A stretch of DNA of 51,150 nt, taken from a virus (Duplodnaviria; Caudoviricetes). Shown piece after piece: positions 26,477 through 34,510 of the stretch. Position numbers and translations under genes: made by a program. The notes under the pieces were generated by a model. That model had not been told where the DNA came from, made no database searches, and was given only the letters and a program-made list of their open reading frames with translations. The stretch is taken from IMG/VR virus record IMGVR_UViG_3300044653_000021, positions 1-51,150 of that record. One strand, given 5' to 3'. The first letter of the stretch is position 1; each line of letters starts with the position of its first letter.

Positions 26477-26786
26477 ATGGGGCAGCCTACCCACATACTA
26501 CAGATAAAAAGTACGGCCGTCAGTCTTCTAGACCGACAGCCATTTTCAACGTGCACTGTAGCGGCGGCAGGAGTCGGACCTACGATCCTCCGGATTAGAA
26601 TCCGGTGCTGGTCGGCAACGGGGGCCTCGCGAAAGGTAATTCACCCAATGCGCTCCGCTCAGCTTTCCGCAGTCTCCGGAGCGTAAGGGAAAAGGCTGAG
26701 CACCCGCAAAAGTACACGGCCTGCGTCCCTCACAGAACTGACAAGTAATCTTTCGCTGGCGGGCTGTATACAGGGAAGTCACCCCT
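26477..26786 (+). ncRNA. candidate GC-rich structured ncRNA (~310 nt), family unknown
   Basis: GC island in an AT-rich genome; end-to-end pairing, internal hairpins, pseudoknot-like interleaved helices at 26649-26701; promoter upstream. Confidence 0.55.
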
Positions 26787-26796
26787 CTCTAAGTCA

Positions 26797-26849
26797 TTGA
26801 AAACAAAGAGAAAAAATCCCTTGACTACAGTTCCGTCTACCGATAGACT
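26797..26849 (+). promoter_or_regulatory. TTGAAAACAAAG box, sigma70 promoter and overlapping palindromic operator
   Basis: box at 26797-26808; TTGACT-17 nt-TAGACT from 26821; gtcta-ccga-tagac palindrome at 26835-26848. Confidence 0.6.
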
Positions 26850-26940
26850 AGAGTCCTACCCACAGTTTCCCATTACAATAAAATTAACCTCTCGTAAACG
26901 TAATGGAAACTGAGTTATTATTGATCCTAGAGATACCATT

Positions 26941-27120
26941 ATGGCAAAGCAACCAGCGAAGAAATCCGGTTGGACAGTAGTCTCTGCCCGCGTCCCGCCG
27001 GACCTGAAAGATTGGATTTTACAAGAGTATAAAAAACCAGGTTGTATTAATGATGTTATTCTTCTACTATTACAAAGATTAAGAAATGGAAGAATACTTG
27101 GAATTAAGTTAGAATCATAA
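26941..27120 (+). CDS. Arc/RHH-like DNA-binding protein (59 aa)
   Basis: read by eye: WTVVSARVPPDLKDWI...INDVILLLLQR; absent from the ORF track. Confidence 0.6.
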   Translation: MAKQPAKKSGWTVVSARVPPDLKDWILQEYKKPGCINDVILLLLQRLRNGRILGIKLES

Positions 27121-27144
27121 CAACCACCACCCGGAGTCTACCCT

Positions 27145-27726
27145 ATGCCAAGTCCTAATGAAACAGACACATTACCCACGTCTGAATCAATAATAATCTG
27201 TGCCTTTAACTGCACAGAACAAAATATAAAACATTGTCGTAAGTGTCAACGACCATTTTGTATAATGCACTGCAATACATTCTCTCCAAACTTCTGCAAA
27301 GAATGCTTTAAAGACCTAGCAGTAATCTCAGATAAATTTAAACGAACATTCGATTATATAGGTGATAATGGCCAACTATATATCCGAACAGAAGAACGTG
27401 TTCGTTATTATCTTGATGGCATGGACTGGCCATTCGTTACACCGTGGATACATGATCTAAGTGATGATGAGCTTAAGAGTCTGTGGGTTTTTCATCATTA
27501 CATAATGAAACTTATTGAAACAGAGAATGACACTCGTAATATAGAAAAAGCCCGCAAATTACGTGAAAGCCCGGTTCCTCGTCTTATAAGCAGTACTACG
27601 GTGAAAAGTACTAGAGTAACGAAGCCTTCTGTACCAGAGACACCGGAGAGTATGCGTGCAAGGCTTAAGAAATTAGGTATTCCGGATGTTACTATAGATG
27701 CGATGATAAAGGCGATGATACCATGA
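27145..27726 (+). CDS. multi-Cys zinc-finger protein (AN1/B-box-like N-terminus)
   Basis: CAFNC...HCRKCQRPFCIMHC...FCKEC. Confidence 0.6.
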   Translation: MPSPNETDTLPTSESIIICAFNCTEQNIKHCRKCQRPFCIMHCNTFSPNFCKECFKDLAVISDKFKRTFDYIGDNGQLYIRTEERVRYYLDGMDWPFVTPWIHDLSDDELKSLWVFHHYIMKLIETENDTRNIEKARKLRESPVPRLISSTTVKSTRVTKPSVPETPESMRARLKKLGIPDVTIDAMIKAMIP

Positions 27727-27908
27727 ATGGGAAATTCTTGGTTTTAATAGAAGATAAAAAATATGGTTCTTCTGCTGAAGAACATTATACAGTAAAACAA
27801 GTATTAAAATATCTTGAAAATGTTGTAGAAGAATTAGATATTATAGATGTTCAAGAAATAGATTCAGTTCATACAACTATAAAGAGTTTTTTAGGTGATT
27901 ATATATGA
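27723..27908 (+). CDS. hypothetical protein
   Basis: 61 aa, ATGA coupling on both sides. Confidence 0.5.
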   Translation: MNGKFLVLIEDKKYGSSAEEHYTVKQVLKYLENVVEELDIIDVQEIDSVHTTIKSFLGDYI

Positions 27909-29134
27909 CCCCCGAAGAAGCAAGTAATCGTTATCACTGGTGCAAATACGACAAGGCCACTAACACAGTAGAATTGTATCTTGATCACTATATGTTAAGT
28001 GGCCTACGTCTATGCGAAGCACGTTTTGCTTTTGAACATTTATTGTGGGTAAAACAACGATCAGCGTTACAGGAAGATACGACATTAAGATTCCGGAAAC
28101 CTTGGTTTTTAGATTTCGGAGAATATATCCACTGGTGTTTAGAACAATTTTATAATCATTTTAAGCACAACAAACAAGCCCCATCTGTGGATTTCTGGAT
28201 GCAGCAGTGTAAGACGAAGTGGGAATTAATGAAGATGGATGAGTATAAAGATTATCATGTAAAGGCAGACGCAAAGAAGTATGATGAAGTACATGGCTGG
28301 GATGGAGTAGCGACACTTCTTATTCAATATTATGTTTTCTATATGGATATGCGACTCCGAGTAATTGATACGGAGATTACGTTTGGGCATAATAAAGAAG
28401 TTTTTATAGGTAACACATTGTTAGATTACGGTAACGGTTGTTTTGATTGTTATTATTGTGAACAACCATTAAGTGTAAATTGTTATCTAACTGGCCGCAT
28501 AGACCTACTAGTAGACAACGGCTATAAAATTGGTCCCATAGATCACAAAACAACCCATCGTTTTGATGGTTTCGAGCATCAGGATTTCAATCCACAGGAT
28601 GCTATGACAGGGTATATTTATGCTACACATGAAATACTTAGAAAATACTATGGTATGAATAATAGTATTGATGGTAGTAGAGTATTCACTAAAGATGGTG
28701 GTTTAATGGCTGCACCAGAGTGTAAAGGTGGTTGGATATTCCATATATCCTCCTGTACTCCATCCGTGCCAAGAGATAAGACACAAAAACAAGGTCCACG
28801 TTTTAAGACGACGCCAATAGACAAAACATTATCCCAACTAGAGGATTTTAAGAAACGTCAACTATCCTCTTTTAAGAGAGTAGCAGAACTATTATTTAAC
28901 GACAAAATGCCAGAATGGAACACGACGGCTTGTAATAATATTTTCTTCCGTCAATGTGAATACAAGCCAATCCACGAACAACCAAGTGAGCAATGGCCGG
29001 ATATGATTAATAGATTTTATCAAATAAGTAACCCTAAAGATGTCTGGGATACTCGTAATATGGCAAAGAAAGACAACAATGAAAAACTATCTACCACCAC
29101 AACTATCCAAACAACGAAAGAAACGAACGTCTAA
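27905..29134 (+). CDS. PD-(D/E)XK exonuclease (RecB/Cas4-like)
   Basis: FGEYIH, TEITF, LTGRIDLLV...IDHKTT, Q...Y and C-terminal C......C.Y motifs. Confidence 0.8.
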   Translation: MTPEEASNRYHWCKYDKATNTVELYLDHYMLSGLRLCEARFAFEHLLWVKQRSALQEDTTLRFRKPWFLDFGEYIHWCLEQFYNHFKHNKQAPSVDFWMQQCKTKWELMKMDEYKDYHVKADAKKYDEVHGWDGVATLLIQYYVFYMDMRLRVIDTEITFGHNKEVFIGNTLLDYGNGCFDCYYCEQPLSVNCYLTGRIDLLVDNGYKIGPIDHKTTHRFDGFEHQDFNPQDAMTGYIYATHEILRKYYGMNNSIDGSRVFTKDGGLMAAPECKGGWIFHISSCTPSVPRDKTQKQGPRFKTTPIDKTLSQLEDFKKRQLSSFKRVAELLFNDKMPEWNTTACNNIFFRQCEYKPIHEQPSEQWPDMINRFYQISNPKDVWDTRNMAKKDNNEKLSTTTTIQTTKETNV

Positions 29135-29336
29135 TAAAGGATTTTTAACACAACAAGATTGGCTTTACCATTGTTATCATCTTGCAGACAATAATCCCGT
29201 AATGAAAGATTGTAAGGTATGTGATTGGCATGATGGTTTAAGTGATAAGACAAAATATAATTTATTACCAGCAGCGATGTTAAAGGAGATAAGTAATGTC
29301 AAAAAAGAAAATAGTAAAAAATTCGTGGAAGTCTAG
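29079..29336 (+). CDS. hypothetical protein (HC.H...CKVC)
   Basis: start uncertain; overlaps its neighbours. Confidence 0.4.
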   Translation: MKNYLPPQLSKQRKKRTSNKGFLTQQDWLYHCYHLADNNPVMKDCKVCDWHDGLSDKTKYNLLPAAMLKEISNVKKENSKKFVEV

Positions 29337-29586
29337 GACATGTGTTAACTGTAATAAAAGATTTTCAACTATAAATAAATTTATTGAACATGCTAAAAGA
29401 CATGATATAAATACAAACAGTTTATCAAATCTAGTAGCTACTCCTAATTATGAAGAATTATACAGAAATTTAAAGAATGATAATAGTAGAAAGCGTTATG
29501 AAATAATCAACGACTGGATGAAATCTGTTGCTACTATTAATGATGCTATTGCTCATGCTATTGGTGATATTGGTGGGGGTAGATAA
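29296..29586 (+). CDS. C2H2 zinc-finger protein
   Basis: CVNCNKRF.....FIEHAKRH. Confidence 0.65.
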   Translation: MSKKKIVKNSWKSRTCVNCNKRFSTINKFIEHAKRHDINTNSLSNLVATPNYEELYRNLKNDNSRKRYEIINDWMKSVATINDAIAHAIGDIGGGR

Positions 29587-30389
29587 TGCCAGAAAATGAC
29601 CTACTAAAAGCCGCACTACAAACCCTAACAGGTTGTGTTGATGCTGCTACAGTGACCAACGTGGATAGGTTAAAAGTTGCTATCTGCGGTGATCCAAAGA
29701 CAGGAAAATCCTCCGTAATAGCCCGTACCGCACGTAAACCAGTAATATTTTATGATTTTGACGATCGGAAGGAAAGTATAGCAGGGATAGATGGAGTAAT
29801 AATTAAAACATTATTCGACAAGAATGACACAACTCCTACAGCATGGAGTGCTTTTGAGAGTGATTTGGGGACATTAGAATACTTAAAAGAGAAAAACGAA
29901 CTCCCCTTTAAAAGCATAGCTGTGGATAGTATTACTTTTCTTCGTAAATATGCAGAACATCAATTATTAAAAGATTCATCCGCATCTAGAGCAAAGTTTA
30001 AGATTGGAAGTACGGAATATTTAGTCCCGAAGGACTGGGATGCTGTTACTGGTGTACAACATATGTTGGAAACGATGTTCAATAGATTATTTAGTCTGAA
30101 CATTGACGTATATGCCACTTTCCACACCCGGCTTGAGAAAGATCAAAATAAATCAACAAAGACGGACATAGTATATAAGGACACTCTTACTATCGACCCG
30201 CCTAATTTGAAGATGCTTCTTCCAAAATTTAATGATTGTTGGCGTTCCTATGTAGATGGTGGAGTGTATCGAGTACAGGTTAAACCGGATTGGCAATTTA
30301 ATGCCGCGACTGTGTTAAAGAATCAAGGTGAAAACGAAGTTGCGGATATACAGAAGATGTTGGAGAAACATAATGGAAAAAAATCATAA
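29586..30389 (+). CDS. AAA_24 / Sak4-like recombination ATPase
   Basis: AICGDPKTGKS Walker A, IAVDSIT Walker B; lies between the exonuclease and the SSB. Confidence 0.8.
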   Translation: MPENDLLKAALQTLTGCVDAATVTNVDRLKVAICGDPKTGKSSVIARTARKPVIFYDFDDRKESIAGIDGVIIKTLFDKNDTTPTAWSAFESDLGTLEYLKEKNELPFKSIAVDSITFLRKYAEHQLLKDSSASRAKFKIGSTEYLVPKDWDAVTGVQHMLETMFNRLFSLNIDVYATFHTRLEKDQNKSTKTDIVYKDTLTIDPPNLKMLLPKFNDCWRSYVDGGVYRVQVKPDWQFNAATVLKNQGENEVADIQKMLEKHNGKKS

Positions 30390-30573
30390 AAGATGTAGAG
30401 CTTCTGTAATTAGAAAACTTGAAAGAATCTCTTATCTTATTTGTGAGATAGCATGTATAGATTGTCCTGAATCAAATACAGCAATAATAGAACAAGACTT
30501 AGCTACATTAAAACATTATACAGATATTATAAGGAGAAAATATAAATATAATGACACCCGAACAACTACGTAA
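30373..30573 (+). CDS. hypothetical protein
   Basis: start moved to MEKNH. Confidence 0.45.
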   Translation: MEKNHKRCRASVIRKLERISYLICEIACIDCPESNTAIIEQDLATLKHYTDIIRRKYKYNDTRTTT

Positions 30574-30715
30574 CTTAGTAAAGGAAGTTTGTAAGCGAGA
30601 TATCTCTACGAAACAAGCAGAGGCTTTTATGGATATCTTTAAAAATGAATATGATTTAGGACTAGCAAAGTTTAATCGTTCGTTTGTTGTATATCATTTT
30701 GGGAGTGAAAAATAA
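30551..30715 (+). CDS. hypothetical protein (54 aa, MTPEQLRNLV...)
   Basis: read by eye; below the track cut-off. Confidence 0.45.
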   Translation: MTPEQLRNLVKEVCKRDISTKQAEAFMDIFKNEYDLGLAKFNRSFVVYHFGSEK

Positions 30716-30716
30716 C

Positions 30717-30911
30717 GTGAAGATAACCATAGAAGAACAAATGCCTGATAGATATATAATTACAGGTGATAAAAATATTACTTTAAATTCTTTTAAAGAA
30801 TTTGAAGATTTTATAAGTAAAGAATATGGTTCTTTAACTCTATTTAAAGATTTACAAAATAGTATTTCTGATTTAGAAGATAGAATGCAGCAAATAAGAG
30901 AATTATTATAA
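30717..30911 (+). CDS. hypothetical protein
   Basis: GTG start with GGGAG RBS. Confidence 0.4.
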   Translation: MKITIEEQMPDRYIITGDKNITLNSFKEFEDFISKEYGSLTLFKDLQNSISDLEDRMQQIRELL

Positions 30912-30976
30912 GTTCTGCCTCGGCAGATAATTGCATGGAATAGCATAAAAATCCAAGAAACAAAAAAGGACCAACA

Positions 30977-31477
30977 ATGCCTAAGATGTCAGTGAATGCA
31001 GAAACACTCGAAGCACCGAAACCAGTAGCAGGTGGTTGGTATGATCTTCGTCTTAAGGGGATGACTATTAAGAAATCCCCTAAAGGACATAATATCGAAG
31101 CATACTTCACCACAGTTAACCAACCGACTGATACTAATGATAAGTTTGTTCTTTATCGAATGAATAATGGTTTTAGTCAGGGAACTGCTATGCAGGAATT
31201 GTGTCATGCTTTGGGTTTCCCGATGGAAATTGACGCTCAAGGACAAGCTAGTTTTCCTGGTGATTGGACATTAAAAGACCCAGCACAGCCGGATAATTGG
31301 GATTTGGCTCAGTATACAGGAGTATTACTCGGCAAGACCGGAAGTGCTGAGTTAGTAGTGGATAATTATCAGGGAAATGAAAAGAACGTAGTGAAACAAT
31401 GGAAGTGTAAGGTTCCTGATTGTCCTACTCGTTTCCCGAAAATTCGTCATCAAACGGATTTGATTGGGAAGAAGTAA
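30977..31477 (+). CDS. putative single-stranded DNA-binding protein (DUF669-like)
   Basis: PVAGGWYDLRL..., LLGKTG..EL..DNYQG..KNVVK OB-fold-like pattern; follows the Sak4-like ATPase. Confidence 0.6.
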   Translation: MPKMSVNAETLEAPKPVAGGWYDLRLKGMTIKKSPKGHNIEAYFTTVNQPTDTNDKFVLYRMNNGFSQGTAMQELCHALGFPMEIDAQGQASFPGDWTLKDPAQPDNWDLAQYTGVLLGKTGSAELVVDNYQGNEKNVVKQWKCKVPDCPTRFPKIRHQTDLIGKK

Positions 31478-31485
31478 TTAACTTT

Positions 31486-31570
31486 GCCGTTATGGTGGAA
31501 TTGGTATACACAAGGGACTTAAAATCCCTCGGCTTTGGCCATATGGGTTCGAGTCCCATTAACGGCACCA
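31486..31570 (+). tRNA. trnL: tRNA-Leu (anticodon TAA)
   Basis: acceptor stem gccgtta/taacggc plus ACCA, D-loop TGG, anticodon arm aggga-cttaaaa-tccct, long variable arm, GGTTCGAGTCC T-arm. Confidence 0.95.
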
Positions 31571-31644
31571 ACATTACCATAATGTAAGATATTTATGGTA
31601 AGTATCCCCCACACACGTCGGCATAACGTGCTCCATAGATATTA

Positions 31645-31684
31645 ATAACCACTCTTATCATTGTGGGGAGGGTGGTTGTTTTTC
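31645..31684 (+). terminator. intrinsic terminator downstream of the tRNA
   Basis: aaccactctt / gagggtggtt stem followed by a T-rich tract. Confidence 0.6.
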
Positions 31685-31700
31685 TTATAAAAAGGAGATT

Positions 31701-31916
31701 ATGGCACATAATTTAGAGGAAATTAATTTTATTCATGGAAGAAATAGTTTAGTGCAAGGTTGTACAATACGTAAAAGTAATATATTAAATAATGCTAATT
31801 ATTATGAATTAACATGTTTAACTTGTAATCAAACAGGATATTATGAAAGTGAATATCATCAAGGTAAAGCAGCAGGTATGCATTTTGCTGATAAAGATAA
31901 ATATCCAATAGAATGA
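31701..31916 (+). CDS. small zinc-binding protein
   Basis: CLTC...H motif, AAGGAG RBS. Confidence 0.5.
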   Translation: MAHNLEEINFIHGRNSLVQGCTIRKSNILNNANYYELTCLTCNQTGYYESEYHQGKAAGMHFADKDKYPIE

Positions 31917-32101
31917 AAAGAAAACGTAAGTTTGGAGAAACTCTTACTAGAATTTTAGCTAATCCACTTATACAACCATTAGCTAAAATTGTATTAAGAA
32001 ATGAATTAGAAAGAGAAATAAAACGAAGTAAGGGAGGTTGTCCAAAAGGATATAAACATGACACAAGAACAATATCTAAAACGTTTTCAAGAAATAATTG
32101 A
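31913..32101 (+). CDS. small basic hypothetical protein
   Basis: 62 aa, ATGA coupling. Confidence 0.4.
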   Translation: MKRKRKFGETLTRILANPLIQPLAKIVLRNELEREIKRSKGGCPKGYKHDTRTISKTFSRNN

Positions 32102-32366
32102 TGAGATGTATAGTGTTACAAAAGCTAAAAATTCAGATTATGCAACACCAAAAGAGGCACTACGTAATTTTAAGATGTTCGGTGCTTTTGGTGTTCTTGT
32201 TAGAATATCAGATAAAATATCAAGACTTAGAACAGTATTAGAAGATAAACGTGAATTTGCTGTAAAAGAAACTGCTTTTGATACCGTGACAGATATGGCA
32301 GTATATAGTGTAATTCTTAGAATTATAATGGAAGAAGAAGCTAAAGAAAATGAGTTTAATAAATAA
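32058..32366 (+). CDS. nucleotide-modification-associated domain 1 (DUF1599-like) protein
   Basis: KAKNSDY....LRNF...GVLVRISDKISRL...E...DT..D.AVY motif. Confidence 0.75.
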   Translation: MTQEQYLKRFQEIIDEMYSVTKAKNSDYATPKEALRNFKMFGAFGVLVRISDKISRLRTVLEDKREFAVKETAFDTVTDMAVYSVILRIIMEEEAKENEFNK

Positions 32367-33477
32367 CTTCGGTCCCGAAACAAGTCCTATTTGGGTCATA
32401 CTTGATTCTCCTTATGACGGAGATTCGGATATTGACCCAGTTACACAAATTGATAAATTAGGAATAATATTGAGTGGTGGTTATGGATATAATTTTAAAA
32501 AGATTTGGAAGATGGGTGGTCTTTCTCTTAGTGATGTTCACATTCGATCTAATCGCCCTTGTATCGGAGCATCGTATGTTAAAGAGAATGTACTTAGCAA
32601 TCTTCTTGGTGATATTGACAAATATCATCCTACTTTTATTGTTCCACTTTCTGATGAAGTTTTGAATTATTTAATCCCACACACAACACAAGCCAAAGAA
32701 AAGAATTCATCCCTTGGAAAGTGGGCTGGTTCCTTATTAACATCTAAATATATTTCATATCCACATTATATAATAGGGAGCCAGCCACCAGATTGGGTTA
32801 CGAAGAATTGGGCCTATAATGAAATCCAAGCCTTCATAGATTTTGGACATGTCCGTGAGGAATTTGAATACTGGACAAAATATGGAACTCTTAATCCACT
32901 ACCTAGACGTAATCTTATTACCCAACCATCTTATTCCGATCTTGTTGGTTATTTGCATGACTGTCTTAATGTTAGTATGGTGTCAGTCGATATTGAGACT
33001 ATCCGACCTAAGAAGGGTAGTACTTATTATAATATTAATTGCGGGTATCCTTACACTATTGCTCTTGCTAAGTCTCCCAAAGATGCAATAAGTTTCTCTT
33101 TCTGGGATTATACACCAGAACAATGTGTACAGATTTGGAGAATGTTAAATGAGATTCTTAGTAAAGTGCCTCAGATTGGGCAAAACTATTTTCTCTTTGA
33201 TAGTCATTATCTTGAAGCATTGGGATTTAGAATTTGTTTATCTTCGTGTTTCGACACCCTTATACGACACCATATATTATGGCCATCCCTTAAGCACGCA
33301 CTTCATTTTCAGACAAGACAATACACAAGAGAACCGTACTACAAAGATGAGGGACGAAACTTCAATGTAAAACGTAAAACACAGTTCATGCTATACAATG
33401 CCAAAGATGCAGCCGTTACTTTTGAAATTTATGAAGAACAAGAAAAAGAGTTTAAAGAACGTCCACATATTAGGTAA
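32350..33477 (+). CDS. DNA polymerase A N-terminal subunit: degenerate uracil-DNA-glycosylase-like domain plus 3'-5' exonuclease
   Basis: GP..SPIWVILDSP UDG-like start; ExoI VSVDIET, ExoII QNYFLFD, ExoIII YNAKDA. Confidence 0.8.
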   Translation: MSLINNFGPETSPIWVILDSPYDGDSDIDPVTQIDKLGIILSGGYGYNFKKIWKMGGLSLSDVHIRSNRPCIGASYVKENVLSNLLGDIDKYHPTFIVPLSDEVLNYLIPHTTQAKEKNSSLGKWAGSLLTSKYISYPHYIIGSQPPDWVTKNWAYNEIQAFIDFGHVREEFEYWTKYGTLNPLPRRNLITQPSYSDLVGYLHDCLNVSMVSVDIETIRPKKGSTYYNINCGYPYTIALAKSPKDAISFSFWDYTPEQCVQIWRMLNEILSKVPQIGQNYFLFDSHYLEALGFRICLSSCFDTLIRHHILWPSLKHALHFQTRQYTREPYYKDEGRNFNVKRKTQFMLYNAKDAAVTFEIYEEQEKEFKERPHIR

Positions 33478-33643
33478 AATATTACAACATCAAGCACAAG
33501 GTCCGGATACTTATATAGAAGATTACATCCAACCACCCGGCATACGCGCAACATGTCACGGTCATTTAGAACCACTTGGTTTTAAAAGTATAGAAGATTT
33601 ACAAAAACACTGGCGGGAAGAACATGAAGGGAGACAGAAATGA
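33398..33643 (+). CDS. hypothetical protein
   Basis: 81 aa ORF; start uncertain. Confidence 0.35.
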   Translation: MPKMQPLLLKFMKNKKKSLKNVHILGKILQHQAQGPDTYIEDYIQPPGIRATCHGHLEPLGFKSIEDLQKHWREEHEGRQK

Positions 33644-34095
33644 TTGTTGGTATAGTTGGAAGTGAAGAAGTTAAATTTACTGAACTAGGTAAACAAAATG
33701 CCCTTCATTATATTAGACAAATAGTAGCTGATCCAGAAGTTACTGAAGTTGTCAGTGGTGGTTGTCATCTTGGCGGTATAGATATATGGGCAGAGGAAAT
33801 AGCCAAAGAATATAACAAAAAGATGACAGTATTTTTACCAACAGGACATTATTGGTCTACAGGATTTAAGCCACGAAATGAAAAAATTGCAAATAAAAGT
33901 GATATTGTATATTGTATCACTGTAGATAAATTACCTGAAAATTATAATGGTATGAAATTTGATTTATGTTATCATTGTGAAAGAAATTCAGTTATATCTT
34001 ATCCAGATCATGTAAAATCTGGTGGTTGCTGGACGATGTATTATGCTATAGATCATGGTAAAAAAGGTAAATTAATTGTAGTACATAATTATTAA
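33640..34095 (+). CDS. SLOG-superfamily (YspA/DprA-like) nucleotide-binding protein
   Basis: IVGIVGS, VVSGG..GGID.WAE, RNEKIA..SD and SGG.WT..YA motifs. Confidence 0.7.
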   Translation: MIVGIVGSEEVKFTELGKQNALHYIRQIVADPEVTEVVSGGCHLGGIDIWAEEIAKEYNKKMTVFLPTGHYWSTGFKPRNEKIANKSDIVYCITVDKLPENYNGMKFDLCYHCERNSVISYPDHVKSGGCWTMYYAIDHGKKGKLIVVHNY

Positions 34096-34104
34096 AGGAG
34101 TTAT

Positions 34105-34392
34105 ATGGCTAAGGACATTCTCGGAAACGAACTTAAAGTAGGTGATTACGTACATTTTACTTTACCATCCAATCAAGTACTAGCTAAAATAACTGAATTA
34201 TCAGAAGGCGGCTTACTTGGTGCTAGTGCTATTGTACAGAACAAGGCACAAGGTATAGTACTACCCGGTACAGTTACATTTACAATAGAAGCTAACGCAC
34301 AGTTTGACCCGAATAACAAAGTTATTATGGTAAACAAAGCCGTCATTCCACCTGATTCGCCGTTATTGACGAAGGAAGGGAAGCCAAATTGA
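34105..34392 (+). CDS. hypothetical protein (SH3/KOW-like start)
   Basis: KDILGNELKVGDYV motif; AAGGAG RBS. Confidence 0.6.
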   Translation: MAKDILGNELKVGDYVHFTLPSNQVLAKITELSEGGLLGASAIVQNKAQGIVLPGTVTFTIEANAQFDPNNKVIMVNKAVIPPDSPLLTKEGKPN

Positions 34393-34393
34393 T

Positions 34394-34510
34394 ATGTCCG
34401 GCGTTAGAAAACCTATAGAAGAACGTTTTGCCGTTAAGTATAAAATAGAAGATAAAGGATATTTAACTCCATTAAGTGAGTATAAAATTGCAAAACTTAA
34501 TAACAAGTAA
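34394..34510 (+). pseudogene. possible remnant of an HNH endonuclease N-terminus (38 aa)
   Basis: MSGVRKPIEERFAVKYKIEDKGYLTP resembles phage HNH N-termini but stops before any nuclease motif. Confidence 0.35.

Noticed and set aside
26477-26782. ORFs 26477-26686 (+) and 26546-26782 (-) as proteins
   Set aside because: No RBS, atypical composition; open frames are expected by chance in a GC-rich island.
26477-26786. tmRNA or RNase P RNA identity for the GC-rich element
   Set aside because: It starts GGGGC and has a pseudoknot-like fold, but there is no T-arm or CCA 3' end and no ANDN..ALAA-like tag frame; the RNase P GAGGAAAGUCC signature is absent.
33477-34476. Split intein or intron joining the two polymerase halves
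   Set aside because: Neither half carries intein termini, and the intervening DNA is filled with ordinary ORFs.
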